NCBI GenBank assembly: GCA_013150955.1
Contig: JAADJD010000038.1
Span: forward strand, 92,057 to 156,056
Length of the DNA: 64,000 nt
Direction of reading: 5' to 3'
DNA from: Calditrichota bacterium
GTDB taxonomy: Bacteria > Calditrichota > Calditrichia > RBG-13-44-9 > J042
Part shown: piece after piece, positions 43,910 to 52,889 of the stretch
Layout: the number at the start of each line of letters is the position of its first letter
Numbering within the stretch: the stretch's first letter is position 1
Program-made: the position numbers and the translations under genes
Notes under the pieces: generated by a model
What the model was told of the DNA's origin: nothing
The model's input: the letters and a program-made list of their open reading frames with translations, nothing else
Database searches by the model: none

Positions 43910-44452
43910 TTACCCTTCTTTCTTCTCGTCCTTCTCTTCGGTCGTTTCTTCTGTGGATGCTGCATTGGTTTCGGTTTCTGCGCTTTCCGGAGTTGCCGGT
44001 GCTTCGGTTGCGGATTCCGCTTCTGCCTCCGCTGTGGCTGCCTCTTCCGGTGCCGGTTCCGCTTCCTCGGCCTTCTGGGCAGCTGCTTTCTTTTCCTGAG
44101 CCTTCTTGGCTTCCAGACGTTTTCGACGCTCTATCTGCAGGACCTCCCACTTCTTCATTTCTTCTTCAATTTTTTCCGGGGGAAGTCCGCGACGCATCAA
44201 ATCAAATTTTAAGATAATGCCTTTCCGCCGCAGCAAGCTCTTCACCGTATCCGTGGGAATTGCGCCCTGACTTAACCAGTACAACGCCCGATCTTCTTTG
44301 ACTTCAATGACGTGCGGATCGGTCATCGGGTTGTAATAACCAATTTCTTCAATAAACCGGCCATCCCGGGGCGAACGCGCATCGGCAGCCACAATGCGAT
44401 AAAACGGGCGCTTCTTCCGACCCATCCGACGCAGTCTTAGTTTAACAGCCAA
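43910..44452 (-). CDS. rpsP: 30S ribosomal protein S16 with acidic C-terminal extension
   Basis: [40 protein letters not shown]. Confidence 0.97.
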   Translation of the reverse strand: MAVKLRLRRMGRKKRPFYRIVAADARSPRDGRFIEEIGYYNPMTDPHVIEVKEDRALYWLSQGAIPTDTVKSLLRRKGIILKFDLMRRGLPPEKIEEEMKKWEVLQIERRKRLEAKKAQEKKAAAQKAEEAEPAPEEAATAEAEAESATEAPATPESAETETNAASTEETTEEKDEKKEG

Positions 44453-44566
44453 TCCTGACCTCCATCCTTTTGTTCGTTTATGTTCACTTAATTTAACCGT
44501 TCACCGTAATTTCTATGGTAAAATAAACGTTTCCGTGCAAAGGTTCAATCTTTTTTGATGGAAATT

Positions 44567-45904
44567 TTAGGAAAATGGAAATCCTCCGGGATTTATCCCG
44601 CCGCGAAATTTCATGCGTTTCATTCGGCGGATCATTTTCCGCATTTCGTCGAATTGTTTTAATAACTGATTCACGTCCTGAACGCGGGTACCGCTCCCCA
44701 TGGCAATCCGGCGGCGCCGGCTGCCATTAATGATTCGCGGATTGCGCCGCTCCTCCGGGGTCATGGAATTGATGATGGCCTCGATGCGCACCAGGGCCTT
44801 TTCATCCACCTGAACATTGCGCAGTTGCTTGCCCACTCCAGGGATCATCCCCAGCAGCTGTTCCAGAGGCCCCATCTTTTTAATTTGCTGCAGCTGATCG
44901 TAAAAATCCTCCAGCGTAAATTCATCCCGCCGCAACTTCTGTTCCAGCTTCCTGGCTTTCTCCACATCGATGGCTTCCTGGGCTTTTTCCACCAGCGTCA
45001 CCACATCGCCCATGCCCAGGATGCGCGAGGCCATGCGATCGGGATGAAAGTCCTCGATGGCATCCAATTTTTCGCCGGTACCAATGAATTTAATGGGTCG
45101 CCCGGTCACCGCCCGAATGCTCAGGGCAGCACCGCCACGGGCATCGCCATCCATCTTGGTCAACACCACGCCGGAAAAGTCCAGTCGATCCAGGAATGCC
45201 TTCGCCGCATTCACGGCATCCTGACCGGTCATGCTATCGGCCACAAACAGGATTTCGTGTGGCTTAACTTCCTTTTTGATGCGTTCCAGTTCCTGCATCA
45301 TCTCATCATCAATGTGCAGGCGACCCGCCGTATCCAGGATCAACACATCGCATCCCTGCTTGCGGCACGCCTGAATGGATTCCTTACAAATGGCCACCGC
45401 ATCCTGCGAATCGGTGGCATAGACCGGAATCCCCAGATTTTTGCCGATGATTTTCAGCTGTTCCTTTGCTGCCGGACGATACACATCCGCGGCGACCAGC
45501 ATAGGCCGACGCCCTTTTTTCCGCAGGTAATTGGCCAGCTTCCCGGCAAATGTCGTTTTACCGGAGCCCTGCAGTCCGGCCAACATGATGATGGTCGGCG
45601 GAATCCCGGCCATTTTTATTTCGGCATGGGATTCCCCCATCAACCGCACCAGCTCATCATGGACGATTTTTACAACTTGCTGACCGGGAGTGACGCTTCG
45701 TAAGACTTCGGCCCCCACAGCCTTTTGTCGAACCGCATCGATAAAATCCTTTGCCACCCGATAGTTCACATCCGCTTCCAGCAACGCCCGCCGTATTTCC
45801 TTCAGCGAATCCGCAATGTTTTTTTCGGTCAGCTTCCCCTGTCCGCGAATCTTCTTTAACGCCGTTTCCAGCTTCGCCGTTAAGTCCTCAAGCATATTCG
45901 CCAC
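44567..45904 (-). CDS. ffh: Signal recognition particle protein
   Basis: ALLEADV, GLQGSGKTT, DTAGRL, TKMDGDARGGAAL, FHPDRMASRILGMGD, M domain. Confidence 0.98.
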   Translation of the reverse strand: MANMLEDLTAKLETALKKIRGQGKLTEKNIADSLKEIRRALLEADVNYRVAKDFIDAVRQKAVGAEVLRSVTPGQQVVKIVHDELVRLMGESHAEIKMAGIPPTIIMLAGLQGSGKTTFAGKLANYLRKKGRRPMLVAADVYRPAAKEQLKIIGKNLGIPVYATDSQDAVAICKESIQACRKQGCDVLILDTAGRLHIDDEMMQELERIKKEVKPHEILFVADSMTGQDAVNAAKAFLDRLDFSGVVLTKMDGDARGGAALSIRAVTGRPIKFIGTGEKLDAIEDFHPDRMASRILGMGDVVTLVEKAQEAIDVEKARKLEQKLRRDEFTLEDFYDQLQQIKKMGPLEQLLGMIPGVGKQLRNVQVDEKALVRIEAIINSMTPEERRNPRIINGSRRRRIAMGSGTRVQDVNQLLKQFDEMRKMIRRMKRMKFRGGINPGGFPFS

Positions 45905-45949
45905 TCTGCGCCTTTGTCCATAGCAATCCCAATCTAATTAAAGCGGGTA

Positions 45950-45978
45950 AATTTACGGAAACTGTAATATCTTTGCAA
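45950..45978 (-). promoter_or_regulatory. Putative sigma70-type promoter of ffh
   Basis: Minus strand TTGCAA-N17-TAAATT about 45 bp upstream of the ORF. Confidence 0.5.
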
Positions 45979-46173
45979 ATATTTTTTATTAATCAAACGG
46001 GTGGTCCGCAGCTCTCAGACACCGAAATCGTCAAGGGCTTTCCGGGTCGAAAATCGGCCTGAAAGTCCAGGCATCAGCTCCGGGAAAATCCTGACTTTTC
46101 TGCCAAAACCGTGCGGCCCCTCCCTTCGTTTTTCCTGGATAACACAAACCCGGAAAGCCTCCTCTCAAATCGA

Positions 46174-46680
46174 TTAAAATTCCTCAAATATGCGGCGACC
46201 GTCAACCTTTTTCATATTCAACAACACTTTTTTCCCTTCGTTTACATACGCTTCCAGAATGCGGCCGATGAAAATGATGTGATCCCCGGAGTCAACTTCC
46301 TTCTCCAGCACACATTCAAAATTGATGGTCGCATCCCGGATGAGCGGTGACTGGATGTGACGGGCAGGGAGTGTTGCCAACCCGGTCTCCTTAAATTTAT
46401 CCACCTGATCCCCGTGAGTCGATCCAAAAAATTCCACCGCGGATTGCAGTCCCTTGTTGGGTACGGCGATGACAAACTCCCCACTTTCGCGGATCAAACG
46501 GTGGGTATATCCGGTTTTGGACAGGGCCACAGCAAACAGCGGGGGATCGTATGAGCACTTCATGTTCCATCCAGCAATCATCCCGCTGGGTCGCCCACCC
46601 CGATCCACAGAAATGACAAATACACAACTTTCAGGTTTAAATCGATCAAACGCTTCTCGGGGTGTAACGGTTTTCATCAA
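46174..46680 (-). CDS. Flavin reductase-like (flavoredoxin) family protein
   Basis: SYDPPLFAV, THRLIRESGEFVI, GSTHGDQVDKF, NFEC, GDHIIFIGRI. Confidence 0.88.
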   Translation of the reverse strand: MMKTVTPREAFDRFKPESCVFVISVDRGGRPSGMIAGWNMKCSYDPPLFAVALSKTGYTHRLIRESGEFVIAVPNKGLQSAVEFFGSTHGDQVDKFKETGLATLPARHIQSPLIRDATINFECVLEKEVDSGDHIIFIGRILEAYVNEGKKVLLNMKKVDGRRIFEEF

Positions 46681-46832
46681 ATCTCCCTTTATTTTTTTTG
46701 GCTAAAAATTAATGATTCATTGGTGATGCGAAAATCTGAATTTATCTTTTTCGCCGCCCTTACCTGCCTCCCAAGATGGTTCAATTTTGACTTTGCAGGG
46801 AATCGGGGGTTACCCAAATTCATACCAAATAA

Positions 46833-47020
46833 ACTCAGATTATGGATTCGCCTACGAATGACACGAATGAACACCAATAAAAATGTTATCTGGATGAAAA
46901 TGTTTTCCCGGATATATTCGCTATCTTGTTGATGCTTTTAGAATTCATTCGCGTGATTCGTGGTTTAACGCTTTATTTGGGATTATTCGCGTAATTCGTG
47001 ATCAAAAGCATAATTTGGGT
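46833..47020 (+). mobile_element. MITE-like element with a short internal deletion (46833-46982) plus an extra arm stub (to 47020)
   Basis: Consensus match lacking the AATAAAATGCACTTGATTC segment; junction GGGA|TTA, then a second arm ending GGGT|TTA. Confidence 0.8.
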
Positions 47021-47282
47021 TTAATTCCCTCATCGGTTTCGTCTCAGGCTTGAATGGAACCGCAAGCTATCTGGCGATTTTTGTCAAAAAAATTTGACAC
47101 CGGAAAGGTATCCATCTTCAAAGACACATCCAACAACCTTTTGAAAAACCAGAAATTAGAAGCACTGGCAAGCTTTTTGAAAAAACGCCTCCACTGAGCG
47201 GCATGCGCCGTGAGCAGTCTGAACACCTGTCACCTCTTCAGGTGAAAGGAAATATGGATCCATCATTAAGGAGGGGAATCGA

Positions 47283-48272
47283 TTGGGTCGTTTGCTTATC
47301 ACCCACCTGCGCCGACTGGGCGTTCTTTTCCTGGATGCCCTTTTCGATCACGACCGCTTTTACGCATTCCTGGGATGGATGCAGCGTCGACTGGGCTGGC
47401 CTCGCATTCAGACCGTCTTTCTGATGTACCCGGAAACGCTGGCTTATGCGCTGGCGTTTGTGTATCCTTCGCGACTGGAACGAGTCAAATGGCGGCCATT
47501 TCTGGCAGGGTTCTTTCGCCAGAACCGTCGGTGGGGACTTATGTTTGCCATTTCGGCCACCCAGCAAGATTTCCGGGATCCCCAAAATCTCCCCTATCTC
47601 CAACAGCTGGTCGATCGGATGGAAACGATACGTCGTCTGGTGGGGGGACGACAAAAGACGTTTGCCGGGATTCTGCCCGGGGTTCTCTTTGCACGTCGGA
47701 TTTTACGGGATGCTCCGGAAGCCGACCTCACCGTGGCCGCCGTCATTCAGGCAATTCAGCAGATCGAGAAAAGGGAATCGCTATCGCCATCACCTCCCAT
47801 CCTGGTGCTGGGCGGTCGGGGCTTTATCGGGCGCCGGCTGGTCAAAGCGTTGCAATCCAGGGGGCGGATGGTGTTTACCGTGGACAGGGACGAAGCCTGG
47901 CCGGTTTTTCCCGGGGATACCCGTTTCGTTGTCGTAAACGTGGCCTCCAATCGAGCCCTTCTGGAATATATGGGACACCTGCAACCCGGTATGGTGGTGA
48001 TTAACGAAGCCTACCCGCCGCCACCTTCTTACCTGCTCCAGTTCACTGGAATCGTTTTATATCACATCAAGGGCATCCGCGCCTGGGCAATGCCACCCTT
48101 TCCCCATGCCTACCAAGGGGGAATCCCCTGTTGTGCTGCCTTTCCCGACGATCAAATGGAGGTGCTGGTGGAAAGATTGCTGGATGGTGTCAAAAGGGTA
48201 TCGATTCAAAAATCAAAAAAAGTGTCTACAACGACAACCGCAAAATTCAAATCAGAAAATGACTTTTCATAA
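47283..48272 (+). CDS. Hypothetical protein with NAD(P)-binding Rossmann motif
   Basis: AGGAGG RBS and TTG start; ILVLGGRGFIGRRLV dinucleotide-binding motif; family not recognised. Confidence 0.65.
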   Translation: MGRLLITHLRRLGVLFLDALFDHDRFYAFLGWMQRRLGWPRIQTVFLMYPETLAYALAFVYPSRLERVKWRPFLAGFFRQNRRWGLMFAISATQQDFRDPQNLPYLQQLVDRMETIRRLVGGRQKTFAGILPGVLFARRILRDAPEADLTVAAVIQAIQQIEKRESLSPSPPILVLGGRGFIGRRLVKALQSRGRMVFTVDRDEAWPVFPGDTRFVVVNVASNRALLEYMGHLQPGMVVINEAYPPPPSYLLQFTGIVLYHIKGIRAWAMPPFPHAYQGGIPCCAAFPDDQMEVLVERLLDGVKRVSIQKSKKVSTTTTAKFKSENDFS

Positions 48273-48350
48273 AATAGGTTTAGCCACAATAAAAAATTTT
48301 TGACACTCAAACCATTGAAAAATCAAGTTAAAACATTAACTATTTGTTTA

Positions 48351-48555
48351 TCCAAGATTATGCATTAACCTACGAATTGCACGAATTAACCCAGATTATG
48401 CATTAAAACCACGAATTACACGAATAAACACAAATAAAAATAATAGAATACACTTGATTCTATCAGGATAAAATGTTTTCCCGGATATATTCGCTATTTT
48501 GTTAATATTATTCGAATTCATTCGCGTGATTCGTGGTTTAACGTATTATTTGGGT
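48351..48555 (+). mobile_element. MITE-like element: arm stub (48351-48388) + full copy (48389-48555)
   Basis: Tandem start TCCAAGATTATGCATT.. then ACCCAGATTATGCATT..; the full copy is flanked TTA/TTA. Confidence 0.85.
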
Positions 48556-48713
48556 TTATCTCAAATGATTCTTCAATAACGAAAAACGCCCAAAAGTAAA
48601 AAAAATCGCACAAGTCCTTAAAATTCAATTTTCTTTTTGACACAATCCTTTCTGCAGTAGAAATTGTGACATGAAATAACCGAGAATCATATCAATGCTT
48701 AATGAATTTGGAA

Positions 48714-51359
48714 TCACTTTACCAATAACATCTTGCGGATGTGAACAAATTCTCCTGCCTGGAACCGATATACATAAATTCCACTGGATACAGCTTTTCC
48801 ACGATCGTCCCGACCATTCCAAAAAACCCTATATTCTCCTGCCGGTTGTTGTGCACGGACTAATTTCCGCACCCGCTGTCCCAGCAAATTGAATATTTCA
48901 ATTTCTACTTTTGCCGCTTTAGAAAGCCGATAAACAATTGTTGTTCCTGAATTAAATGGATTGGGATAATTTTTTATTAATGTAACTGTTCTATTATAGG
49001 CTTCGTTTGACCGAACAATATTTGTGATTTCAGAATTGACATCCAGCACATTGCTCCAGATATCCCATCCCGTGTGAAGATCACTTAACTGAGACCAAAA
49101 CGAGATCAATTGATCCTGCCGTAATAACATGTATATATCTTTCTGATCAAATTTATCATTTCGGGGAATTTGAAAAACCGTGTCCAGAGGTTGGGAAAAA
49201 CGCTGAAATCTTTGAGCAAATATCCGCGATCCGTTGGTATTCACCTGCTGCCAACTCGCCACCCAATTTCTGTCGTCATCCATGGCCAAAGATATTTTTT
49301 TATGAAAATCAAATTGAATGCCATCAGGCAATTGGAAGATCAACGAATCCTGAATGGAGCCATGGGATATAAGTTTCGCATAAATTGCTGACGGTGCCAG
49401 AACACTATCCTGGTCGATCCAGGCAACCAGAATATCGCCTTTTGAATTACCAATTATACCTGGAATACCTTGACCCAAAATAATTCGAACTGGATCATGA
49501 AGCACAATCTTTTCCCCTACAGGTTGAAATTGGTCGTCAAAATATCGCAAGACAAACATTGACGAATCATTGCCAAAGTCATAAGTTAGTAAGGTAACCT
49601 GGTTATTATAGAGGCTACCCAATAAGACGATTTTTCCCGGTGGATCGAGAATTGGTTGCAGGCGTTTAAGAGTTTCTCCTTCCCTTGAAATAATTAAGGC
49701 ATTTACATTTCCCATGTTTTCGCCATTCCAGAGAACGGCGAAACCTTGATCCGCCAATCCAATCAATTGAAAATTGGCATCCATCCACTCATCAATATCT
49801 AACCTCACCTTGGTGATTTCAGGATTGGTTGGATGACCGGTGATAATGGCCAACCAAATCAATACTTCGGCATACGTTCTTTCCTGCCATAGTACCGCCC
49901 AATCTCCCTGAGAATTGACCGCAACGCGAACCAGCTTATCGGCTTTCCCAGAGGGTTCTCCCCGAAGTTCGAATTCATTCCCCAACGCCGTTCCCTCAGC
50001 AGTTAAAAATCTTGCAAAAATGGAAGGCGTCCAATCTCGCTCATCTACCCAGGCAACCAGAATTCTTCCCAGACCATCCATTGTAGCTACCGGTAAGTAT
50101 TGGGGAGCAGCAGAAAGTGTGTCATCCGATACCTGCCAATCCTCCATCAAATACTGCCCTTCAGTATCCATTCGGCTTAAGACTACTTGGCTAAGAACCC
50201 CAAGACCCGCCAATCGGGTTATTAATACACCGTCCGGGAAAACAGCGAGATTTGGGGAATAATGCCGGTTATCCGTGTTTATAGTATCGATAAGTAATTT
50301 CTCAAAAAGGATTTCCCCCGAAAGGGGGTTCACTTTTTGCAAGATTACCCCAACTGCCGGGCCATTTTGCGACCAATAGACAACATCGGTGGTAAAGTAA
50401 AAATGGCCGCTGGTGTCAAATTCGACCTCCATTTTATCCAAATCGGGCTCAAACAACCACTCCCCTAACAAAAATACCGAATCAGGGGATTGGCCATCGG
50501 CTGTGAAATACCGTCCCTTTAAAAAATTATCTTCCCGCCAGACAATAACAAAATTATTATTCCGGTCATGAGCAATATCGATGGCAACAAAATATCTCCC
50601 CTCAAATGGGCTTACCAAAACCAGTGGATCAAATTCTCCGGTACTGCGAACAAATTTTTGATAATAAATCGAATTTCTTCCCTGAGTTGACCCTAAGTTA
50701 GCAAAATACAAATCTCCATTGGAATTAATGGACAAAGCTGGAATTCTATAGCCTCTTCCAACTGCTCCACTCAATGACAGCAATGGCGTCAGTGGTTGAC
50801 CGTATACATCCAATACCTGAAAAAACGTTTGCCCTGTGTAATACAAATAAACCAGGGTTGTATCCGTAATAAATTGCACATCAAAACCATAAAGCAATCC
50901 TGGTAAATCTAGCTGCAATAAATCTCTGATTTTTTGTCCCGATTCATTAAAAAGCTGTATGAAAATGGTTGCAATAAACCGAGAGGATGCTTGTTCTCGC
51001 TCCCCCCGCACATAGCCAATGACAATTTGATTCCTCCGATTAATATCCGTTTCATAATAAAAAATTGTTTTCCTGCCGTCGGGGGGAACGAACAGAATTG
51101 TCTCGGTGGAAGAATTCCCCCTGGGCAATATCTGTTTACCTCTTATGGTGTACTGATAATAATCCCATTCCTTCCATGTTACCACGGCCAATTGATTGTT
51201 AGTGACCACCCGGGGTGAATAATAGATCTGTTTTACTTGACCGGTGAGGCCATTTACACGATAATCCGGAATGAAGGTATCCAGAAACTGGGCGTGAATT
51301 ATAAAAGGAAACCACCCTACCATTCCCCCGAAAATCCAAAGCAAACGGGAAATTGACAT
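48714..51359 (-). CDS. Secreted beta-repeat protein with FlgD-Ig/T9SS-type C-terminal domain (881 aa)
   Basis: Signal peptide; repeated G.FV(I/V).W and IFAxxF..dG units; NYPNPFN...IFNLLGQRV...WNGRD...SSGIY...RKMLLVK; visibly AT-richer than the core genes. Confidence 0.85.
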   Translation of the reverse strand: MSISRLLWIFGGMVGWFPFIIHAQFLDTFIPDYRVNGLTGQVKQIYYSPRVVTNNQLAVVTWKEWDYYQYTIRGKQILPRGNSSTETILFVPPDGRKTIFYYETDINRRNQIVIGYVRGEREQASSRFIATIFIQLFNESGQKIRDLLQLDLPGLLYGFDVQFITDTTLVYLYYTGQTFFQVLDVYGQPLTPLLSLSGAVGRGYRIPALSINSNGDLYFANLGSTQGRNSIYYQKFVRSTGEFDPLVLVSPFEGRYFVAIDIAHDRNNNFVIVWREDNFLKGRYFTADGQSPDSVFLLGEWLFEPDLDKMEVEFDTSGHFYFTTDVVYWSQNGPAVGVILQKVNPLSGEILFEKLLIDTINTDNRHYSPNLAVFPDGVLITRLAGLGVLSQVVLSRMDTEGQYLMEDWQVSDDTLSAAPQYLPVATMDGLGRILVAWVDERDWTPSIFARFLTAEGTALGNEFELRGEPSGKADKLVRVAVNSQGDWAVLWQERTYAEVLIWLAIITGHPTNPEITKVRLDIDEWMDANFQLIGLADQGFAVLWNGENMGNVNALIISREGETLKRLQPILDPPGKIVLLGSLYNNQVTLLTYDFGNDSSMFVLRYFDDQFQPVGEKIVLHDPVRIILGQGIPGIIGNSKGDILVAWIDQDSVLAPSAIYAKLISHGSIQDSLIFQLPDGIQFDFHKKISLAMDDDRNWVASWQQVNTNGSRIFAQRFQRFSQPLDTVFQIPRNDKFDQKDIYMLLRQDQLISFWSQLSDLHTGWDIWSNVLDVNSEITNIVRSNEAYNRTVTLIKNYPNPFNSGTTIVYRLSKAAKVEIEIFNLLGQRVRKLVRAQQPAGEYRVFWNGRDDRGKAVSSGIYVYRFQAGEFVHIRKMLLVK

Positions 51360-51493
51360 GGGAGTACCTTTTTTATTAAAATTTAATTCATTCGCATTTA
51401 TCTGTCCAGCTTAATTTTTCCAGGCGCATTTTTTCAAAACCTGTAACACAAGAATTAAAGGAAAAACCTATCTCAAAATCCCTCTCCATCTTA

Positions 51494-51804
51494 TCCCATC
51501 TTTAACGCAAAACTACAAAAAAGCCAATAAATACAAGCATTACGAATTTTTTATTCCCACTACGGATTTTATTTTTAGTATTGAGAGATGTATTTTCAAG
51601 GAAAATGTGGAGTGGAGTTCAATCTCATGTTGTTTTTTCTTTTTAGCTGATAACATAGAAAGAAAGTTTTACAAAGTCAATAAAAATAATACATTATGAT
51701 CACTACACTTGCTGCTTAGACGAAAAAATAATAACTTAGATGTGATTTTTGGGTTTTTCGGGGCAATTTTTAGTGAAAACGGCCGTTTTCCGTTAAAGAT
51801 GGGT
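51494..51804. repeat. ~20-bp inverted repeats enclosing a 311-bp AT-rich segment (possible second MITE type)
   Basis: TCCCATCTTTAACGCAAAAC (51494-51513) vs the reverse complement of 51785-51804, ACCCATCTTTAACGGAAAAC: 18/20 identical. Confidence 0.55.
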
Positions 51805-52125
51805 TATGGGAATTTCCCAATACCAGATCAATTTTCATGATCAATATAACTGGATGTGCTAATTGGAAATTAATTATAGAAAGTTGATCTAAGAAGATTC
51901 GCTTTTTTATGAATTGCTAACCTTTTCCCCGGCCCACTCCTATCGAGAAAGAAAATGGAGAATGGGGACGGGCTTATTTGCGCGTCACAATGCTTTATCT
52001 GAAGATAAAACCAGGGTGAACAACATTGATAAGTTCTGGGATTCCACTTAAACTAGCACAGCGGATAAAAATAAATTCTTTTTATTATATCTTTGTTTGT
52101 TCAAGATGATTCATAGCAAACTTAA

Positions 52126-52350
52126 ACCCAAATTATGCATTAAACCGCGAATCACACGAATGAAACCCAAAAATATCTACAAAATCACGAATAAATCACG
52201 ATAACAAGCTTTCATCCAGAAACAATTCAATTTATTTTATTAATTTTATTTGTGTTAATTCGTGTAATTCGTGGTCTAACGCATAATCTGGGTTTATTAT
52301 TTTTATTGGTGTGAATTCATGTCATTCGTATGCTATTGCTTAATCCGGGT
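52126..52350 (-). mobile_element. MITE-like element: full copy (52126-52293, subfamily B) + left-arm stub
   Basis: Same GGGT|TTATTATTTTTATTGGTG junction as at 40483; outer flanks TAA/TAA. Confidence 0.8.
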
Positions 52351-52355
52351 TAAAA

Positions 52356-52398
52356 TAAAAAACCGCCCCGGGGACACCTCCCCCCAAAGGCGGCTTTT
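52356..52398 (-). terminator. Putative intrinsic terminator
   Basis: Minus strand GCCGCC..GGGGAGGTGTCCCC..GGCGG followed by TTTTTT. Confidence 0.4.
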
Positions 52399-52595
52399 GC
52401 GAGACATGTGGGCTGTGGGGACTTTTTCAAATTTCAAAATTCATGCCAGCCAATATTTCCCGGAGAAAACGGCCTTTTCGGCGTCTATTGTGGAAAAAAT
52501 TGCAACACGCAACTGAAAGAAAGGTTGCAAAATTAACCACACTTGTTCCTTTCCTACGATCAAAGGCCAACGCAGGGGATGCATATCACATTTCA

Positions 52596-52780
52596 TCCCA
52601 CACAATGCATTAAACCCAGATAATGCATTAAACCGCAAATCACGCGAATGAAATCAAAAAATATCTACAAAATCGCGAATAAACTCTGGACCATATTTTC
52701 AACCATACACAATCCAATGCATTTTATTGGTTTTATTTGTGTTCATTCGTGTCATTCGTAGGGTAATGCATTATTTGGGT
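52596..52780 (-). mobile_element. MITE-like element: 18-bp stub + full copy (52614-52780, subfamily B)
   Basis: TCCCACACAATGCATTAA|ACCCAGATAATGCATTAAACC...GGGT; the full copy is flanked TAA/TAA. Confidence 0.8.
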
Positions 52781-52889
52781 TAAAAGGAAGGGATATAACC
52801 GTCATTAAACGGTCGGGTGCAATGGCACCAAAGATCCGCGTTTGCCCAAACACAGCCCTACCGGGATCAGGCCATCTTGCCGCGATGGA

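Noticed and set aside
43910-44150. Long acidic/Ala-rich tail on S16 as a novelty
   Set aside because: Extended S16 tails are well known in several phyla, including Bacteroidota.
45905-46173. SRP RNA (ffs) next to ffh
   Set aside because: The conserved CAGG-x-CC-GRAA-GG-AAGCAG helix motif was not found on either strand.
48187-48306. GTGTCAAAA...TTTTGACAC inverted repeat as a mini-element replacing the 3' end of the 329-aa gene
   Set aside because: Only 9 bp in AT-rich DNA; could arise by chance.
52614-52780. Assignment of the element to IS982 because of its ACCC termini
   Set aside because: No 6-8-bp direct repeats flank the copies inspected, only T-N-A triplets; the family is left unassigned.
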